A model generated the notes under the pieces. It saw only the letters and a program-made list of their open reading frames with translations. It was not told the DNA's origin and made no database searches. From an uncultured virus (IMG/VR IMGVR_UViG_3300027785_001786) (lineage: Duplodnaviria; Heunggongvirae; Uroviricota; Caudoviricetes), in the IMG/VR virus record IMGVR_UViG_3300027785_001786: a stretch of 20,000 bases of DNA. One strand, written 5' to 3'. The translations under genes were made by a program, and so were the position numbers. This document shows positions 16,249 to 20,000 of this stretch, piece by piece. Within the stretch, counting starts at the first letter, position 1. The number at the start of each line of letters is the position of its first letter.

Positions 16249-17635
16249 AAGTGTTCCAAAAGTCTGTTAGTTCGGGGAATGTATTTAAAAAACTTGTTCC
16301 CCTGCGTTCATCATGCTGGCTAAAGAATAGATAAAAGTTCTTCATTGCTGTGGCTCTGTCAAACTTGCTGTCACTCTTTACCCAGTCAATCAGGCGTTGT
16401 ACTTTGCTGATTTCAAAATCTTTAAAACCCTTAAAGCGATTGTGTTCGCCTTCTTCATTTGCCTTCATAAAATCTATAGCACGTTCTAATTCAGACACCA
16501 TGTTAGGTAGCAGTTTGGGATTCATCCACATAGGGTCATTCAGCATAGGAATGTCAAACCAGATCAGCTGTCTATCTGTGTTGTATTCTTGTCTTAATTT
16601 ATGTATGTTCTCAATGTACTTAACAAAGCCAGTATAGCTCAGGGCATTGAATGTGATAATAAAGGTAAGACTGTGTTTGCTACTGTTCTTCAAGTAGTCA
16701 GTTATGTTAGTATATAGGGTACAGAAGTCTAAACCATTACGAATATACTCTGCTTGAGCACCCCACGAGTCTAAACTACAGAACAACATAAAGTGATTAA
16801 CAGCATCCGTATCTGTAATCTCTTTCAAGCTGGTCATGAACTTAGTCCATTGTCCTTTAGGTGGACAACAGTTTGATGTGATGCTTAGATGTAACCGCTC
16901 GCTTGGGTGTTCTTTAACGTAATCAAACATACGGAATGTATTCTTGTCCATCAAAGGTTCGCCGCCAGTCATGCGGAAGGTGTGTAGTGTGGGATATATC
17001 TGTGGTAACCATTCCCAAAAAGCTAACAAGTATGGATTGTCTAAACTGTTGTTGGGAACCATGTTTTGATTCCGCATCCATTGTGTGTCGTTGTGTGTTT
17101 TATTGTCTGCTAACAAGTAAGGCCCGTGTCGGTCTATTTCCTTGTTCCACTCTGTGCTTAGGTGCGGAGAGCAATAACTACATTTCAAGTTACAGGCTTG
17201 ATTAAAGTTTACTTCCACATAACGTGGATTAGGATTCTCTACCAACTGCGCTTCTTCTATCAAGCCAGGCTCATACACATCCTTGCTACGATAAGCTCTG
17301 TCACTTAGTTGTGTGCCGCTGTCTTCAATTTGCCAGCAAAATCCGCACTCGATCGGCCGCTCACCTTTCAGCATGAGTTTACGCTGATTCTTTTTATATT
17401 TGGTATTGTGTAGTGCTGATACATCAATAGCAATTTCCTTCAGAGGAATTTGATGTGTGGGCGGATGATAACAACTGTGTGTGCGACCTGTGGGTATGTG
17501 TATGCTGACATTGTACCACTTGGCAAGACAGAAACTAGGGCTGACTTTGTTAAGGGCAGAAAAGACCGACTCCGAATCATTTAAGTAATGTGATTCAAAG
17601 CGGCCGTTTACGTTAGTTACTTCATCGCCCTTCAT
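16235..17635 (-). CDS. Radical SAM enzyme with N-terminal SPASM/Twitch-like domain
   Basis: CNLKCSYC and TGGEPLM; N-terminal FCLAKW..SCYH..ECGFCW. ATG 17635 overlaps the upstream TAA (TAATG). Confidence 0.9.
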   Translation of the reverse strand: MKGDEVTNVNGRFESHYLNDSESVFSALNKVSPSFCLAKWYNVSIHIPTGRTHSCYHPPTHQIPLKEIAIDVSALHNTKYKKNQRKLMLKGERPIECGFCWQIEDSGTQLSDRAYRSKDVYEPGLIEEAQLVENPNPRYVEVNFNQACNLKCSYCSPHLSTEWNKEIDRHGPYLLADNKTHNDTQWMRNQNMVPNNSLDNPYLLAFWEWLPQIYPTLHTFRMTGGEPLMDKNTFRMFDYVKEHPSERLHLSITSNCCPPKGQWTKFMTSLKEITDTDAVNHFMLFCSLDSWGAQAEYIRNGLDFCTLYTNITDYLKNSSKHSLTFIITFNALSYTGFVKYIENIHKLRQEYNTDRQLIWFDIPMLNDPMWMNPKLLPNMVSELERAIDFMKANEEGEHNRFKGFKDFEISKVQRLIDWVKSDSKFDRATAMKNFYLFFSQHDERRGTSFLNTFPELTDFWNTCEKT

Positions 17636-18471
17636 TAGGTCCAAAGACTTTGACGTATTTTGATAAGACGAATCATCATGGCTTCATCTTCTGCTTCGTA
17701 AGCCACTTCGATTTCTTGTAGCTTTTTGTGTGCGGCATCGCTCATGGCTTTGAGTTCAGGGCTCTTGTCACTACTCCAACTTAGTTTGCCGCCGTTGGCA
17801 ATACGGCTTGCTTCACAGTACGCACTCCAGCCACTGGCGTTATGCGGGTCTGGACGAGCGCGATAGGTCACAGTCCACCAAGTGTAAAGCTCAATAATTT
17901 CCTTAGCACTTTTGGCTTGCCAGGTCGGTTCCCCAAATCCTTCGCTACCAGGTTCAGCACCCATGTCCTCGCCAACAGTGAGTTCACTGGCCCATTTCAA
18001 ATATTCCATGCCGGCTTCTGGACTGCGCCATGTACGTAGTCGTAGCCAACCAGTGCGGTACCAAGGCACATTGAATTGGGTCTTGGCTTCATCACTCCAC
18101 AAGCAGTGATGCCACGCTTGTTCTATTTCAACAAAATTAACAAGCTCATTGAAAAGACAAGGAAGAAAGCGATTGCCCACATCACTCCAGTTGCCCGGCT
18201 GTATGTCTCGAGGATGGGCGGTAAGAGCATGGCTGTGAGTAACCCAGCGATTGTTAATATAATAGCGTATGTCATTTAGCTTGTCCGGTATGTAGTAAAC
18301 AAATTTTTGAAGGTGGTCTAGACCTTCTTCGGCAATCCAGTAACGGATAGGATGTGCTTTTTCAGCAGTCTTATACCAGGCATCCCATTCTTCGCTAGTG
18401 CCACACTTGAGCTTGGGTGTGCCGCGAAGCCAGTCTGAAAATTTTCCAATAGTCCAATAATGCGATCTCAT
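17635..18471 (-). CDS. Hypothetical phage protein (Trp-rich, helical)
   Basis: 278-aa ORF tightly packed in the operon; no catalytic motif recognised. Confidence 0.75.
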   Translation of the reverse strand: MRSHYWTIGKFSDWLRGTPKLKCGTSEEWDAWYKTAEKAHPIRYWIAEEGLDHLQKFVYYIPDKLNDIRYYINNRWVTHSHALTAHPRDIQPGNWSDVGNRFLPCLFNELVNFVEIEQAWHHCLWSDEAKTQFNVPWYRTGWLRLRTWRSPEAGMEYLKWASELTVGEDMGAEPGSEGFGEPTWQAKSAKEIIELYTWWTVTYRARPDPHNASGWSAYCEASRIANGGKLSWSSDKSPELKAMSDAAHKKLQEIEVAYEAEDEAMMIRLIKIRQSLWT

Positions 18472-18481
18472 TTTTTATTCC

Positions 18482-18844
18482 TTATACAAACGATTTTAGA
18501 TCAGGCGGAACCCAACCAATCGGCTTCAATACTTTGCCATCTTCACGCTTACGTACTTTGCCATCTTCACCAATTTTAGCAAAGTTTGTACTCATTACTT
18601 CTTTCCATGCACCTTCAGCATCACTGCCCATGCTATGAATAGCACCAATGGTAACAACCAAAATGTCAATAAGAGCATCCAGTGTTTCTACTTGATCATG
18701 CGCTTGAATAGCATCAGCAAGTTCATTGCATTCTTCTTCAATCAATGTAACATACAAATTAAATTGATCTTCATCAAACTCGCCCCCAACTGTTTGGTCG
18801 CAAGCCCGCATAAATTTTTCTTGATCACGAAACGGATTAGTCAT
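18482..18844 (-). CDS. MazG-like / PRA-PH family nucleotide pyrophosphohydrolase
   Basis: LIEEECNEL..ETLDALIDILVV (EExxE..ExxDxxxD acidic motif), EVMSTNFAK and KREDGKVLKP. Confidence 0.85.
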   Translation of the reverse strand: MTNPFRDQEKFMRACDQTVGGEFDEDQFNLYVTLIEEECNELADAIQAHDQVETLDALIDILVVTIGAIHSMGSDAEGAWKEVMSTNFAKIGEDGKVRKREDGKVLKPIGWVPPDLKSFV

Positions 18845-20000
18845 TATATTTTTTCTCCTGGGGCAAATCCTCTAAAACCTTTAAAACGTGGAAAGCGCAA
18901 ACTGTATGTGCCGTCTTGATTTTGTGTTACTGCATCAGCACGTACTTCTGCCACCATGCCAACGCAATCATCTTTAAACTGCCAAAAGCCATCACGTTGC
19001 TCATCGGTAAGTCCACTGCCAACATTGACACGAATAGACTTGCCGTCGTCGACACCTTCGCAAACCAGCGCACCCAGCTTACCCACATTCTTACCAGTAC
19101 CTTCTTCTGTATCAACTACAGCAAGCGACACTTCAATAAACGGTTTGAGTTTTAACCAAGCCACACTGCGTTTACATTCGTATCCAGCCGCTGGATCTTT
19201 AAGCATGATGCCTTCATATCCACCCTCAATGGCTTTGGCATTGATTTCTTTATAACGAACTTGACCTTCTTCGGTATCCAAATCAACAAGTTCATGACCA
19301 ACAACGGATACGTTAGGCAACATGTCTTTGTAAGTTTTGTGCCAATAGTAAACCATGTCACTGCGAGCAGATTGATCTTTGTCCCAAACACCTTTTTCAA
19401 AATCTTCTAATGGAATCACATCGAACAAGTTGAGAACAGCATCACCTGCTTCCACATTGTCCTTGCGGTGTACTTGTTTCATTAAGTCTTGAAAACTGCT
19501 ACTCATTATCTCGCCGTCGAGTACAACATCTATATTTTTGTCAGTGCCATGTGTCTTGACCACTGCACTAAGTTGTTCTACAATGTGCGGAAAATTAACC
19601 AGTTCTTTACCATTGCGACTGAACATATCCACCCGACCATCACTACGTACAATAGTAAGCACTCTAACTCCGTCGAGTTTAACTTCGATAAGTTTTTTGC
19701 CTGATACCTTCGACTCATGATTAGCACTGTCATGAGCAAGCTGACAACCGAATACAGGAATAGCATAGTCAGCATATTTCTTTTCCACTACTTTGTTAAT
19801 TGTTTTTTCACTTGTACCGCAACGCAAGTCCTTGATAAGGATACGTCGATACCATCCATTCCACTCTTTCTTGGTGGCGGATTTCATCATTGCTTGGATC
19901 ATATCCCTAGCTGTGTTACCGGTAACTTGACGTGTGACAAAGCCAGTAAGAGCGAGAGTAAAACTATCCCAAGGTAAGCCAGCACCATCTTCATCTGTTT
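18844..20000 (-). CDS. ATP-dependent DNA ligase (5'-truncated by the window edge)
   Basis: EVKLDGVR (motif I), VLDGEI, FDVI, EGIMLKD, WLKLKP, VGSGLTD and SLRFPRF. The frame stays open upstream of 19902 to the window end (TDEDGAGLPWDSF...). Confidence 0.95.
   Translation of the reverse strand, partial: TDEDGAGLPWDSFTLALTGFVTRQVTGNTARDMIQAMMKSATKKEWNGWYRRILIKDLRCGTSEKTINKVVEKKYADYAIPVFGCQLAHDSANHESKVSGKKLIEVKLDGVRVLTIVRSDGRVDMFSRNGKELVNFPHIVEQLSAVVKTHGTDKNIDVVLDGEIMSSSFQDLMKQVHRKDNVEAGDAVLNLFDVIPLEDFEKGVWDKDQSARSDMVYYWHKTYKDMLPNVSVVGHELVDLDTEEGQVRYKEINAKAIEGGYEGIMLKDPAAGYECKRSVAWLKLKPFIEVSLAVVDTEEGTGKNVGKLGALVCEGVDDGKSIRVNVGSGLTDEQRDGFWQFKDDCVGMVAEVRADAVTQNQDGTYSLRFPRFKGFRGFAPGEKI

Noticed and set aside
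12407..17635. Assigning an rSAM gene as queE, moaA or nrdG because queD is nearby
   Set aside because: Length (about 400-470 aa) and the N-terminal Cys domain do not match those families.
11183..18471. RiPP biosynthetic cluster interpretation of the rSAM array
   Set aside because: No precursor peptide, RRE/PqqD domain, peptidase or exporter is identifiable in the window, and the genes overlap with no room for a small ORF. A distant substrate cannot be excluded.
6120..19977. Many short plus-strand and nested ORFs overlapping the 6014 gene, uvsE, the fibre gene, the rSAM genes and the ligase
   Set aside because: They lie within well-supported genes and show no motifs or ribosome-binding sites; they are shadow ORFs.
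1..20000. CRISPR array, tRNA, intron/intein, transposase or DGR template/variable repeat
   Set aside because: I saw no regularly spaced nucleotide repeats, cloverleafs, intein/homing motifs or reverse transcriptase by eye. Tail-gene repeats are diverged at DNA level and not adenine-specific.
1..20000. Stop-codon reassignment, as found in some large phages
   Set aside because: Genes are full-length and tightly packed under the standard code, so no recoding is needed to explain them.

Overview
This window looks like part of a large T4-like (myovirus/jumbo-type) phage genome. It is gene-dense, mostly minus-strand and readable in the standard code, and it has T4-type late promoters (TATAAATA) as well as near-consensus sigma70 promoters. 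In minus-strand order it carries: an ATP-dependent DNA ligase (N-terminus outside the window), a MazG-like pyrophosphohydrolase, a hypothetical protein, four tandem overlapping radical SAM enzymes with an N-terminal SPASM/Twitch-like Cys domain, two SGNH-like proteins, a hypothetical protein behind a consensus sigma70 promoter, a fibre-like protein, a queD-like/membrane protein/uvsE unit, small hypotheticals, an ErpA/IscA Fe-S carrier, and a >1769-aa modular tail/baseplate protein that runs off the left edge and is missing from the ORF track. The three most interesting signals are (1) a preQ1-riboswitch-like pseudoknot filling the queD 5' leader, (2) the rSAM x4 + SGNH x2 cassette, with a phage Fe-S carrier nearby, and (3) phycobiliprotein-like C-x-R-D helical repeats and nested modules in the giant tail protein. 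All family calls come from motif recognition by eye; no searches were run.
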